Shown one piece after another: positions 1 through 8,566 of a stretch of 40,021 bases of DNA. Source of the stretch: Candidatus Bathyarchaeota archaeon (lineage in GTDB: Archaea; Thermoproteota; Bathyarchaeia; Bathyarchaeales; DTEX01); NCBI GenBank assembly GCA_003661975.1, contig QMXE01000003.1:1-40021 (forward strand), given 5' to 3'. Position numbers and translations under genes: made by a program. Each line of letters begins with the position of its first letter. The first letter of the stretch is position 1. The notes under the pieces are model-generated. The model was not told the DNA's origin. It ran no database searches and saw nothing but the letters and a program-made list of their open reading frames with translations.

Positions 1-693
1 CATATAGGGATAATCCTTGATGGAAATAGAAGATGGGCTAGAAGCCGCTCCTTAGATCCAAGCATGGGACATTATTATGGGGCTGATAAGACGGAGGAGG
101 TTCTAAGATGGTGCTTGGATCTCGGCATAAAGACTATTACACTCTACGTCTTCTCAACTGAGAACTTTAATAGGCCGAGAAGGGAGGTTGAGAGGCTCAT
201 GAATCTCTTCGAGGAGAGACTTCAGAGGCTAAAGGAGAGCAGGGATATACATGAGCATAAAGTCCGAGTGAAGGTAATCGGCAGGATAAATCTACTGCCG
301 AGAAGACTGCAGAAGATCATAGGGGAGATCGAGGATATAACGAGGAATTATGATGGGCATTTCCTAAACCTCGCAATAGCATATGGAGGAAGAGCCGAGA
401 TAATCGACGCTGCAAGGAAGATAGCCAGGAAGGTTCTGAATGGAGAATTATCCATAGAGGATATTGATGAGAAGACATTCGAAAGAAACCTGTATACTTC
501 GCATCTTCCAAAACAGGATCTGGATCTAATAATTAGGACTTCGGGGGAGGAGAGGCTTAGCGGCTTCCTACTCTACCAGTCAGCATACAGTGAGCTCTGT
601 TTCATAGATGTCTACTGGCCTGAGTTTAGACGCATAGACCTGCTGAGGGCAATAAGGACGTATCAGAGTCGAAAGAGGAGATTCGGCAGATAA
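1..693 (+). CDS. uppS: cis-prenyltransferase (undecaprenyl/polyprenyl diphosphate synthase), 5'-partial
   Basis: Frame is open from base 1: HIGIILDGNRRWA, FSTENFNR, YGGRAEI, IRTSGEERLSGFL, RRFGR motifs; start lies upstream of the window. Confidence 0.96.
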   Translation, partial: HIGIILDGNRRWARSRSLDPSMGHYYGADKTEEVLRWCLDLGIKTITLYVFSTENFNRPRREVERLMNLFEERLQRLKESRDIHEHKVRVKVIGRINLLPRRLQKIIGEIEDITRNYDGHFLNLAIAYGGRAEIIDAARKIARKVLNGELSIEDIDEKTFERNLYTSHLPKQDLDLIIRTSGEERLSGFLLYQSAYSELCFIDVYWPEFRRIDLLRAIRTYQSRKRRFGR

Positions 694-702
694 AGAATCT
701 AA

Positions 703-1923
703 CTACGCCCTCTTCTTCGCACTGACAATCGAGATCACATCTCTATCTTTCAGGATGTAATCCTCCCCTCTTCTAACCTTGCTCCTACAATCAATCGCGT
801 ATATGAAGCTGTCCCCAAGCTCCGTATGTATCAGATAGGCGAATTCACGGGCCGTTGTCCCCTTAGGAACGAGCCAAGCATCCGGGAGAACCCTGCCGCT
901 ATGATCCGTAAGTTTCTCGGGATCCTCAACTGGATACACAACTATCATCTTTAGAAGATCGAAGAAGGCCGCATTAATCGCGTCTTGAACGCCTGTCGTT
1001 CCGAAGGGCCTTAGGATCTTCTCCCTGATCATCTCGAGGGCTCTCTTCTGCTTCTCATTCATCTCAGCCGACCTGAGAATCGAGAAGTCCGGGTCTCCGG
1101 GTCTATACTCTATGAGATTCTTCTCCGCCGCTCTTCTAAGGGCCAATTCAGCCTCTGCACTGCATGGGATCACAATATAGCCGGATTCCCTAAGCCTCTC
1201 AATATTCTCCTCGGCTGATGGAATATCAATCTTATTCGCGGCTATGAGCATGGGCTTCGATAGCCTCCTCAATGCATCGACGAATGATAAAAATTCATCT
1301 TCGCTCCACCCGGATGGCTTATCCGCATTCAGCCCTGTAGCCCTAAGGGCTCCGATGATATGCCTCCTCTTTATTGCGAGGCCGCTAAGCCTATTCTCTA
1401 GGAGCGACTGTAGATCAGCCCTTCTAGACTCTACAGTCCTCACCATTCTCTGCCAGTCTCGCTTTATGATCTGGGCCATCCACATCGTTATCTCCCTCTC
1501 CAGAAATTTGACATCCTCAAGTGGATCATGCATTCCCGGCTTGAGGACTCTGCCTTCAAGATCGGTTGATCCAGAAGCGTCTACTATATGAATGAGGGCA
1601 CTTGCCCTTCGAATCTCATCTAGGAACTGGTTTCCAAGCCCCCTTCCCCGCCACGCATCGGGAACCAAACCGGCTGTATCGATCAATTCGACTGGTATCA
1701 ATCTGACGCCGTCAATGCATATGGAATTAACAGGGTTATCCTTAACGTTGAACTCCTTGCATACGCATTCGGTTCTTAAGTATCCGACTCCGACGTTAGG
1801 CTTTATGGTCGTAAATGGATAGCTTGCAATCTCAACAGTCGCAAGCGTAGCCGCGCTGAAGAACGTAGATTTTCCAACATTCGGCTTCCCAACTATGCCA
1901 ACCGAGAATGTTATCGCTCTCAC
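703..1923 (-). CDS. ychF: YchF/Obg-family translation-associated NTPase with C-terminal TGS domain
   Basis: GKPNVGKST P-loop, YPFTTI, DTAGLV, GLGNQFL, ANKID, TGS-like tail. Confidence 0.93.
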   Translation of the reverse strand: MRAITFSVGIVGKPNVGKSTFFSAATLATVEIASYPFTTIKPNVGVGYLRTECVCKEFNVKDNPVNSICIDGVRLIPVELIDTAGLVPDAWRGRGLGNQFLDEIRRASALIHIVDASGSTDLEGRVLKPGMHDPLEDVKFLEREITMWMAQIIKRDWQRMVRTVESRRADLQSLLENRLSGLAIKRRHIIGALRATGLNADKPSGWSEDEFLSFVDALRRLSKPMLIAANKIDIPSAEENIERLRESGYIVIPCSAEAELALRRAAEKNLIEYRPGDPDFSILRSAEMNEKQKRALEMIREKILRPFGTTGVQDAINAAFFDLLKMIVVYPVEDPEKLTDHSGRVLPDAWLVPKGTTAREFAYLIHTELGDSFIYAIDCRSKVRRGEDYILKDRDVISIVSAKKRA

Positions 1924-2007
1924 CTCTAAACGTCAAATAGGCGATACACCAGAAATTATCCATCCTAAACTTTAAAATATTCGATTTGGAGCTCTGCTTT
2001 GCGACAC

Positions 2008-3399
2008 TTAACCCTTCAATACGCTCTGAGGCTCCCTCCTCATTATCTCCCTAGCCACTATTACCCCGCTCACGCTTGCCTGTATCAGGCCCCTAGTCAC
2101 TCCAGCCCCATCTCCAATCGTAAACAGATTCTTCACTTTCGTCTCCAAGTTCTCATTGAGCTCCAGCCTTGAAGAGTAGAATTTCACCTCAACGCCATAC
2201 AGGAGGGTATGCTTGCTGTAAATGCCAGGTGCAACCTTATCCAAAGCCTGAAGCATCTCTCTGATATCCGTCAAATACCTGTATGGCAGGACGAAGCTTA
2301 GATCCCCTGGAGTAGCCGTCTTTAACGTCGGATTCACAATGCTCCTCTTAATCCTCTCCTCAGTCGATCTTCTGCCCAACAGTAGGTCTCCAAGCCTCTG
2401 AATTATGACTGAGCCGCTTAGGAGATTCGCGAGTCTAGCAATGTATTCTCCATAGGCTATCGGCTCCCTAAACGGATAAGTAAATGAAGTGCTAACGAGG
2501 ATCGCGAAGTTAGTATTCTCGGTCTTTCTGTTGGCGTAGCTCTGCCCATTAACGCTTAGGACTCCGCCGTAAGATTCGGTTATTACTTCGCCGTAGGGGG
2601 CTACACAGAATGTTCTAACCTTATCGTCAAATGCCCGTGAATAATATATGAATTTAGGCTCGTATAGGACATCGGTTAATCTCTCCATGACTGATGCTAA
2701 TGTCTCAACTCTAACCCCTACGTCCACTGGATTATTCAGCGTCTTTAAGCCTAAGGTTTGAGCCTGCATCTTAAGCCATTCAGCCCCGACTCTTCCGGGA
2801 GCGACTATCACATATTTCCCCATGAACCTCTCTCCATCGGCTGTCTCAACCCCTACTGCTCTGCCGTCCTTTACTAGGAGATTCTTAACCTCAGTCCGCG
2901 TTTTGATCTCAACGTGATCGTTAATGTCCTTCTGCATTCTCTGAAGTGTCTCCCTGCATTTCTCAGTGCCCAAATGCCTGATCTTCTGCCTGATCAGTTT
3001 AAGCCCCGCTAATGCCGCTTCCCTCTCTATCTTCTCAACCTCATCCTCATCGTATCCGTAAACCTTCGTCTGCCCAGAATATCTCACGTATATCCCATCT
3101 ACGTAATCCAGAAGTTTCGAGAGCCTTTCCTCTCCTATGTATTCGTCAAGCCATCCGCCGACGAGCGTTGAGAGCGTTAATTTCCCATCGCTGAATGCGC
3201 CGGCTCCACCCCAGCCAGAGAGTAAATGGCATGGATTGCAGTTGAGACATCCAATTCCCCTGCTGGCCGGGCATTTACGCTCATTAATATTCGCTCCCTT
3301 CTCAAGCATTAATATGCCGAGATCAGTCTTGCTGGACAATTCTAGGGCTGAGAATATCCCAGCGGGGCCGGCTCCAACGATTATGACATCATACTTCAA
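2008..3399 (-). CDS. FAD-dependent oxidoreductase with N-terminal Cys cluster
   Basis: GAGPAG Rossmann motif, CPA..CLNCNPC, GGAGAFSDGKL, GDGAGVTRG; start moved to TTG 3399 (MKYDVIIVG). Confidence 0.85.
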   Translation of the reverse strand: MKYDVIIVGAGPAGIFSALELSSKTDLGILMLEKGANINERKCPASRGIGCLNCNPCHLLSGWGGAGAFSDGKLTLSTLVGGWLDEYIGEERLSKLLDYVDGIYVRYSGQTKVYGYDEDEVEKIEREAALAGLKLIRQKIRHLGTEKCRETLQRMQKDINDHVEIKTRTEVKNLLVKDGRAVGVETADGERFMGKYVIVAPGRVGAEWLKMQAQTLGLKTLNNPVDVGVRVETLASVMERLTDVLYEPKFIYYSRAFDDKVRTFCVAPYGEVITESYGGVLSVNGQSYANRKTENTNFAILVSTSFTYPFREPIAYGEYIARLANLLSGSVIIQRLGDLLLGRRSTEERIKRSIVNPTLKTATPGDLSFVLPYRYLTDIREMLQALDKVAPGIYSKHTLLYGVEVKFYSSRLELNENLETKVKNLFTIGDGAGVTRGLIQASVSGVIVAREIMRREPQSVLKG

Positions 3400-3404
3400 A
3401 AGCG

Positions 3405-3427
3405 TCCCTTCCCGAAAGAGGAAGGGA
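3405..3427. promoter_or_regulatory. 8-bp inverted repeat TCCCTTCC-N7-GGAAGGGA between the TATA-like box and the start codon of the FAD oxidoreductase
   Basis: Perfect arms at 3405-3412 and 3420-3427; TATAAG on minus strand at 3444-3439. Confidence 0.5.
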
Positions 3428-3462
3428 TCCAAAACTACTTATATTCTTTTTGATGTGAAGGC

Positions 3463-4635
3463 TTAAAGGATCTTCTCCATCCTCTCGCAGGCCTCCCTAA
3501 TCATCTCGACTGGCTGGGTTACCGAGAAGCGGACGTATCCCTCACCATACTCTCCAAATCCTATTCCCGGAGTCGCCACAACCCCAACATCCAAGAGTCT
3601 CCGGCAGAAATCCATAGAGTCTCCTCCACACTTAACCCACACATAGAATGTTGCAAGCGGCTTTCTGCATTTAAGTCCTAAACGCTGTAGTCCCCGGATT
3701 AGCTCGTCCCTTCTCTCTCTGTATATCTCCCTCATCCTCCTAACGTATTCTGGTGGTTCTCCATTCACGTAGCTCCTCAATGCCTTCGCGGCTACAATCT
3801 GAGTGTAACGTGGAGGTCCAGAATCGATTTGGGTCTTAACCCTCAGGAGTCCATTGATTATCTTCTCGTTTCCAACGGCGAATCCTATTCTATCACCAGT
3901 CATGCTGAAGGTCTTTGAGCATGAGTGGAACTCAACTGATACGTCCTTTCCGCCTTCAACCTCAAGTATGCTCGGAGCCCTATAACCATCAAATGTGATC
4001 TCCGAGTATGCATTATCATAGCATACTATTATGTCGTGCCTCTGTGCAAACTCGACGATCTCCTTGAGATAATCTCTATCCATTACGCCTCCGGTTGGAT
4101 TATTCGGGTAATTCAGAAACATCATCTTTACGCCCTTAAGATCCATCCTCTCGAGGGATTCGATGTCTGGCTTAAAGTCATTCTCCTCCAGTAGCGGCAT
4201 ATCTACTGGTATGCCTTCGCTCAGTATCGTCGCTCCATTGGCATATACTGGATATGCGGGGTTTGGAACCAGAACTTTATCTCCAGGATTGACGAATGCC
4301 CTTGCAATATTAGCCAGTCCCTCCTTTGATCCTATCAATGCTATAATCTCGCTCTTCGGGTCGAGGTCCACGTTGAATCTGCCCCTATACCATTCTGCAA
4401 CGGCCTCCTTGAATTCCGGCTCTCCCTGGCTGAAGGAGTAATTGTGATTATTCGGATTTGAGCTCTCCTCGGCTAATGCCTCTAAAACGAATTTCGGCGG
4501 CGGTAAGTCTGGGTCTCCTATGCTCAGGGAGATCAGATCTACTCCTTGACGCTTCTTCTCATTTATGATCTTCTCAAGTTCGGCGAATATGTATGGTGGA
4601 AGATTCTTAACTCTATCGGCAACCTCAAACCTCAA
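3463..4635 (-). CDS. dapL: LL-diaminopimelate aminotransferase-like class I/II PLP aminotransferase
   Basis: LPPYIFAEL, SIGDPD, LIGSKEG, NYPNNPTG, DNAYSE, SKTFSMTGDRIG; start moved to TTG 4635. Confidence 0.85.
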   Translation of the reverse strand: MRFEVADRVKNLPPYIFAELEKIINEKKRQGVDLISLSIGDPDLPPPKFVLEALAEESSNPNNHNYSFSQGEPEFKEAVAEWYRGRFNVDLDPKSEIIALIGSKEGLANIARAFVNPGDKVLVPNPAYPVYANGATILSEGIPVDMPLLEENDFKPDIESLERMDLKGVKMMFLNYPNNPTGGVMDRDYLKEIVEFAQRHDIIVCYDNAYSEITFDGYRAPSILEVEGGKDVSVEFHSCSKTFSMTGDRIGFAVGNEKIINGLLRVKTQIDSGPPRYTQIVAAKALRSYVNGEPPEYVRRMREIYRERRDELIRGLQRLGLKCRKPLATFYVWVKCGGDSMDFCRRLLDVGVVATPGIGFGEYGEGYVRFSVTQPVEMIREACERMEKIL

Positions 4636-4761
4636 ATGATCACGGCTCCCAGCAGATCCTAAACGATTAATCTTTATCTTTTCCTTAATAAGCGTCAGGT
4701 ATAGATGCGGATCTGAAAAACTTATTGGAGAGAATCCGCTAAAATCATCTTTGAGGGGCTG

Positions 4762-5145
4762 GTGATGAGTGAGGATGAAGAGAGGATCTATGTGATCCAG
4801 AGGCATCAAGCGTCACATTTGCATTGGGACCTACGCTTAGAGATGGATGGGGTTTTGAAGAGCTGGGCGGTCCCAAAGGAGCCCCCTACAAGAAGCGGTA
4901 TAAGAAGACTTGCAGTTCAAGTTGAGGATCACCCGATAGAATATGCGAATTTTGAGGGTGTAATCCCGGAGGGGCAGTATGGAGCGGGCATAGTTGAGAT
5001 CTGGGATAAGGGAACATACAGGCTGATAGAGCGAACCCCAGACAAGATAGTCTTTGAGATTCATGGGAAACGGTTAAAAGGTAAATACTGCCTAATAAGG
5101 TTTAAAGGGGAGAAGAATTGGCTTTTCTTCAAGAAGAAGCAGTGA
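4762..5145 (+). CDS. stand-alone DNA ligase D 3'-phosphoesterase (PE) domain protein
   Basis: [64 protein letters not shown] are LigD PE signature segments. Confidence 0.93.
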   Translation: MMSEDEERIYVIQRHQASHLHWDLRLEMDGVLKSWAVPKEPPTRSGIRRLAVQVEDHPIEYANFEGVIPEGQYGAGIVEIWDKGTYRLIERTPDKIVFEIHGKRLKGKYCLIRFKGEKNWLFFKKKQ

Positions 5146-5146
5146 G

Positions 5147-5641
5147 TTGATGATGGATCGCAGAAGATACACGATGCTCGATGCGATCTCAGAAGTTCTC
5201 TCCGAAAAGAGGTCGCCAAAGAGGCTTCCAACCGGTGTGGAGCGAGTTGAGAGGATCAGCTCAGACATCATTAGAATCCAATTCGCGGATGACGTGGACT
5301 ATGGCATTCTCAGAGCTGAGGCCGTAAGGGAGGGATATCGCGTTGAAAGCGGCATGTTCACCCCGAGAATAACATATCATGGCACGATCATAGCTCGTGT
5401 CGGCGGGGAATCTGACCCTGCAAAGCAGAGGAGCATCTTCATATATCTGATCCCGCCGGATAAGAGCGAGATGAATACATACAGGAGGGTCGTCGCCGTC
5501 AGGCATGGGGTGATCGATCCCATAACTGGACGTCTAAACTTCCAGAAATTCCTTGAATATAACCTTAAGATCATCAGGCTGCTGGAGAGATATAGAAAGG
5601 CCAGATATGAGAATCTGCCCGAAAAGGTAGAATTCCATTAA
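5147..5641 (+). CDS. hypothetical protein
   Basis: 164-aa ORF starting 1 nt after the PE stop, followed by a T-rich tract; no motif recognised. Confidence 0.7.
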   Translation: MMMDRRRYTMLDAISEVLSEKRSPKRLPTGVERVERISSDIIRIQFADDVDYGILRAEAVREGYRVESGMFTPRITYHGTIIARVGGESDPAKQRSIFIYLIPPDKSEMNTYRRVVAVRHGVIDPITGRLNFQKFLEYNLKIIRLLERYRKARYENLPEKVEFH

Positions 5642-5669
5642 TGACATTCGTCTGTAGGCCTATTTTTTA

Positions 5670-5715
5670 TTTATTACTGATTGGTAATATTTAAATATTA
5701 CCAATCAGTAATAAA
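5670..5715. promoter_or_regulatory. 46-bp perfect palindrome centred on a TTTAAA TATA box; putative double operator of the wHTH-hsp20 operon
   Basis: TTTATTACTGATTGGTAATATTT followed by its exact reverse complement AAATATTACCAATCAGTAATAAA; centre about 26 nt upstream of GTG 5719. Confidence 0.85.
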
Positions 5716-5718
5716 AAT

Positions 5719-6135
5719 GTGGCGAGACCCATGGGATTGAAGATAAGGCTCATAAAGGACGAGGAGGTGCTCCTGGAGATCCCAATATCAGTAGCCGAAT
5801 GGTCAAGGGAGAACCTAGAGAGCGAGATGAACATGATCGAGGAGGAATTCCAGAAGTTCTCGAGGATCTTCAGCGCACTATCCAATGAGACATGCATGAA
5901 GATGATGTGGAGATTCATGATGAAGGAGGATTCATCGCTGAGGTTCGCCGAGCTGATGCAGAGTCTAAACCTAAATCCGAAGATAGTATGGGAGAATCTT
6001 GGGAGGCTCAGTGAATGCGGATTCCTAGAGAAGATCGGGAGGGGAAGATATAGATGCTCAGAGTTCGGACGAAAAGCCTTCATGCTGATGGGTCTCGCCA
6101 TGAGGCAAATACTCGATGCAATTGAAGAAATTTAA
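5719..6135 (+). CDS. ArsR-like winged-helix transcriptional regulator
   Basis: IFSALSNET..., FAELMQSLNLNPKIVWENLGRLSECGFLEK...GRY fits an ArsR-type wHTH pattern. Confidence 0.8.
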   Translation: MARPMGLKIRLIKDEEVLLEIPISVAEWSRENLESEMNMIEEEFQKFSRIFSALSNETCMKMMWRFMMKEDSSLRFAELMQSLNLNPKIVWENLGRLSECGFLEKIGRGRYRCSEFGRKAFMLMGLAMRQILDAIEEI

Positions 6136-6150
6136 TGGAGGTGAGTAAAA

Positions 6151-6738
6151 TTGACGGATGAGTGGGACAGATGGTTCAGGAGGAGATTCCCATTCTTTAG
6201 AGGGGGAATATTCGATGACATCGATAGGATATTCAGGGAGATGGAGGAGATGATGCGGAGGGAATTCGAGGAGTTCTCAAGGATCACACCAAAGAATCTC
6301 ATACGTGAGAGGACATTGCCTGACGGCTCAAAGATACGTGAGTGGGGCCCATTCATCTATGGATACAGCGTTACGATAGGCCCGGATGGGAAGCCTGAGA
6401 TCAGAGAGTTCGGCAACGTAAAGCCCGAGATGAAACTTGGAGGTCCAAGGATAAATATCAGAGAGGAGAGGGAGCCGCTCGTTGATGTGATGGAGACAAA
6501 TAATGAGGTTAAGGTTATCGCTGAGCTTCCGGGAGTCGAGAAGAAGGACATTAAGCTCTACGGGACAAAGGATACATTGACGATCTCAGTTGATACTCCG
6601 GAGAGGAAATACTACAAGAAGGTTAAGTTGCCATGCAGGGTTGATAATAAGAGCGCTAAGGCATCATACAAGAATGGAGTTCTAGAGGTTACACTGAAGA
6701 AGGAGAAGGAGCCAGAGGGAGAGCCGATACTGCTGTAG
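6151..6738 (+). CDS. hsp20: archaeal small heat shock protein Hsp20
   Basis: GPFIYGYSVTIGPDGKPEIREFGN, EPLVDV, AELPGVEK, ASYKNGVLEV; SD GGAGGTGA upstream of TTG. Confidence 0.96.
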   Translation: MTDEWDRWFRRRFPFFRGGIFDDIDRIFREMEEMMRREFEEFSRITPKNLIRERTLPDGSKIREWGPFIYGYSVTIGPDGKPEIREFGNVKPEMKLGGPRINIREEREPLVDVMETNNEVKVIAELPGVEKKDIKLYGTKDTLTISVDTPERKYYKKVKLPCRVDNKSAKASYKNGVLEVTLKKEKEPEGEPILL

Positions 6739-7009
6739 ACCCCTCCACCCCTCTTTCCCAAAACATTTTTCCTTAGCCCCAAGTTCTTTCATGCTGATGG
6801 ACTGAGGGTTCACAAGAGATTTTAAACAGTAGCGATCTCCGCCAGATATATCTGTGGTTGCGGAGCGTATGAATCCTGTTCTATATGGGTAAGTGCGTAA
6901 AGAGAGGCTCATGGATACTCTGCATATATAAGCGCGAAAATGATGAATACTGCACTGTTAGGCTTGTTAGGGCTGAAATGCCAAAGGATAAGAGTGGGAT
7001 GATTAGGGC

Positions 7010-7354
7010 TTAGCTGGCTGATCCTTCCTGGCTGAGGAGCAATATTGCCTGCGCAAGATCACCATTCGTCTGCTCCAAAGCGGCTCTTGCACGCTCAAGG
7101 CTTACACCAGCCTGCTGGGCGACCAACTGAACATCCTCATCCGGAATGACCATCTTCTTCCTCTCAGAGACTTCCCCGCCTACAATCTGGAATATCCTTT
7201 GTCCCTGAACCTCCAGAACGGCGACCTCAGGCTTCTGAATGATTATCTCTTTATCTTTAGTCTTCAATATGACTTCGTCAACATCAAGTGGGCTCATGTT
7301 TAGGCCTAGACGCCTCATCATCCTCCTAGCTTCTCTCGGGCTTATCCTCCTCAG
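7010..7354 (-). CDS. nac: nascent polypeptide-associated complex protein (aNAC)
   Basis: SPREARRMMRRLGL, IIQKPEV, C-terminal UBA-like DVQLVAQQAGVS...GDLAQAIL; start uncertain (CTG 7354 behind SD GGAGGTGG, or a downstream ATG). Confidence 0.9.
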   Translation of the reverse strand: MRRISPREARRMMRRLGLNMSPLDVDEVILKTKDKEIIIQKPEVAVLEVQGQRIFQIVGGEVSERKKMVIPDEDVQLVAQQAGVSLERARAALEQTNGDLAQAILLLSQEGSAS

Positions 7355-7373
7355 AAAAATCCACCTCCAAGAG

Positions 7374-7886
7374 CTATTCTCCACTTTTCCCTTTTTTAGT
7401 CTTCTCCATCCTTCCCCTACGAACCCTAACGGCAACTCCCCTCTTAAACTCGAGCATCTCGGATCCCGAGAGCAGAGCTCTTCCAACGGCTATGATCTCG
7501 CCATGCGAATTTAGAACGACTACCTCCTCGAATGGGCGGATAGCCCCGTCAGCGTCGATTACATGCCTCGCAAATACATCTCTTCCCTCCTCGATGAAAT
7601 GTGCGGCATCATCCCTCACCTTAACCCACCTCATCCTAACCTCTCCATTTGAGCATAGCCTCTCAGCACCCTCAATCGTTAAATTTAGAAGTCCAGATCT
7701 GGGATTTAATGTTGCTATGAGAATTCCATTCAGCAGTATCTGCCTGACACGTCCGGTCTTCTTAGAGATCACGAGATCCACATCTTCCGGAAAGAGGATC
7801 TCTCCGGCTCCCAATCCAAACTGGTAATCAGCCGTCTTCCTGATGATCTCAAGGAGCCTCCTCCTTCTAGCATGATCAACGGTCAA
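7374..7886 (-). CDS. PUA-domain RNA-binding protein (resembles the archaeosine TGT C-terminal region)
   Basis: ADYQFG, SKKTGRVRQI, GRDVFARHVI, EEVVV...AVGRA, GVAVRVR. Confidence 0.85.
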   Translation of the reverse strand: MTVDHARRRRLLEIIRKTADYQFGLGAGEILFPEDVDLVISKKTGRVRQILLNGILIATLNPRSGLLNLTIEGAERLCSNGEVRMRWVKVRDDAAHFIEEGRDVFARHVIDADGAIRPFEEVVVLNSHGEIIAVGRALLSGSEMLEFKRGVAVRVRRGRMEKTKKGKSGE

Positions 7887-8010
7887 TTTTAAGTCACCGT
7901 AGATTCAAGGCTTAAGATGCTTCTGAGCATTTAAATATGCTCTATTCAAACCGGAACAGTCACACTTAATTTCATGGAGAGACCATATTATATTTTGATG
8001 GTGCTGTAAG

Positions 8011-8538
8011 TTGCAATGTGATGTCTGCGGCTGCGATATAAAGGGCAAGCCATACCACGTGATAATTGAGGGAGCAAAGCTCACGGTATGCGCTAAGTGT
8101 GCAAGGCTCGGCTCAGCCGAGTGGAAGCCGGAAGAGGGGACCATGAGGTTTACTCCTAAACTTCCACGTCAAATCAAGCCTAGAAGGACAGGCATGAAAT
8201 GGAAGGATGTGATTCAAGAGGATATCACAGTTATCGAGAATTATGGGTCGATCATTAGAAGGGCGAGGCAGAGTATGGGTTTAAGCCAAGAGGACTTGGG
8301 CAGACGGATCAACGAGAAGGTCTCGGTCATTAAGAAGCTTGAGGGGGAGAAGATAGTGCCGGATGAGAGGCTTGCAAGGAAGATCGAGCATGCACTTGGG
8401 ATCAAGCTGCTCGTCCCCTTCACAATGCCCGAGGTTCCATCAGACCTTTCGAGGATAAGCAGGGAGGTCACTCTCGGAGATATAGTTCATCTGAAGGATT
8501 CTAGGAGGAAGCTGCGGAACGAAGGCAATAATAGTTGA
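8011..8538 (+). CDS. mbf1: archaeal multiprotein bridging factor aMBF1
   Basis: N-terminal CDVCG...VCAKC Zn ribbon, Cro-type HTH (IRRARQSMGLSQEDLG), TLGDIV motif. Confidence 0.93.
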   Translation: MQCDVCGCDIKGKPYHVIIEGAKLTVCAKCARLGSAEWKPEEGTMRFTPKLPRQIKPRRTGMKWKDVIQEDITVIENYGSIIRRARQSMGLSQEDLGRRINEKVSVIKKLEGEKIVPDERLARKIEHALGIKLLVPFTMPEVPSDLSRISREVTLGDIVHLKDSRRKLRNEGNNS

Positions 8539-8566
8539 GAGGCGCGGGCGCTTCGAGAAGTCCAGA

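Noticed and set aside
4648-4663. CCCAGCAGATC(C)TAAA shared with about 21574-21587 (leaders of dapL and htrA)
   Set aside because: Only two short copies in front of unrelated genes; no further support.
4636-4809. N-terminal extensions in the ORF track (dapL, also nac, the MBL hydrolase, DHH and ef1b)
   Set aside because: They run through promoter or neighbouring-gene sequence; family similarity and SD positions point to downstream starts.
6682-6912. 76-aa minus-strand ORF in the hsp20-nac gap
   Set aside because: Overlaps the hsp20 3' end and has no motif or ribosome-binding support.
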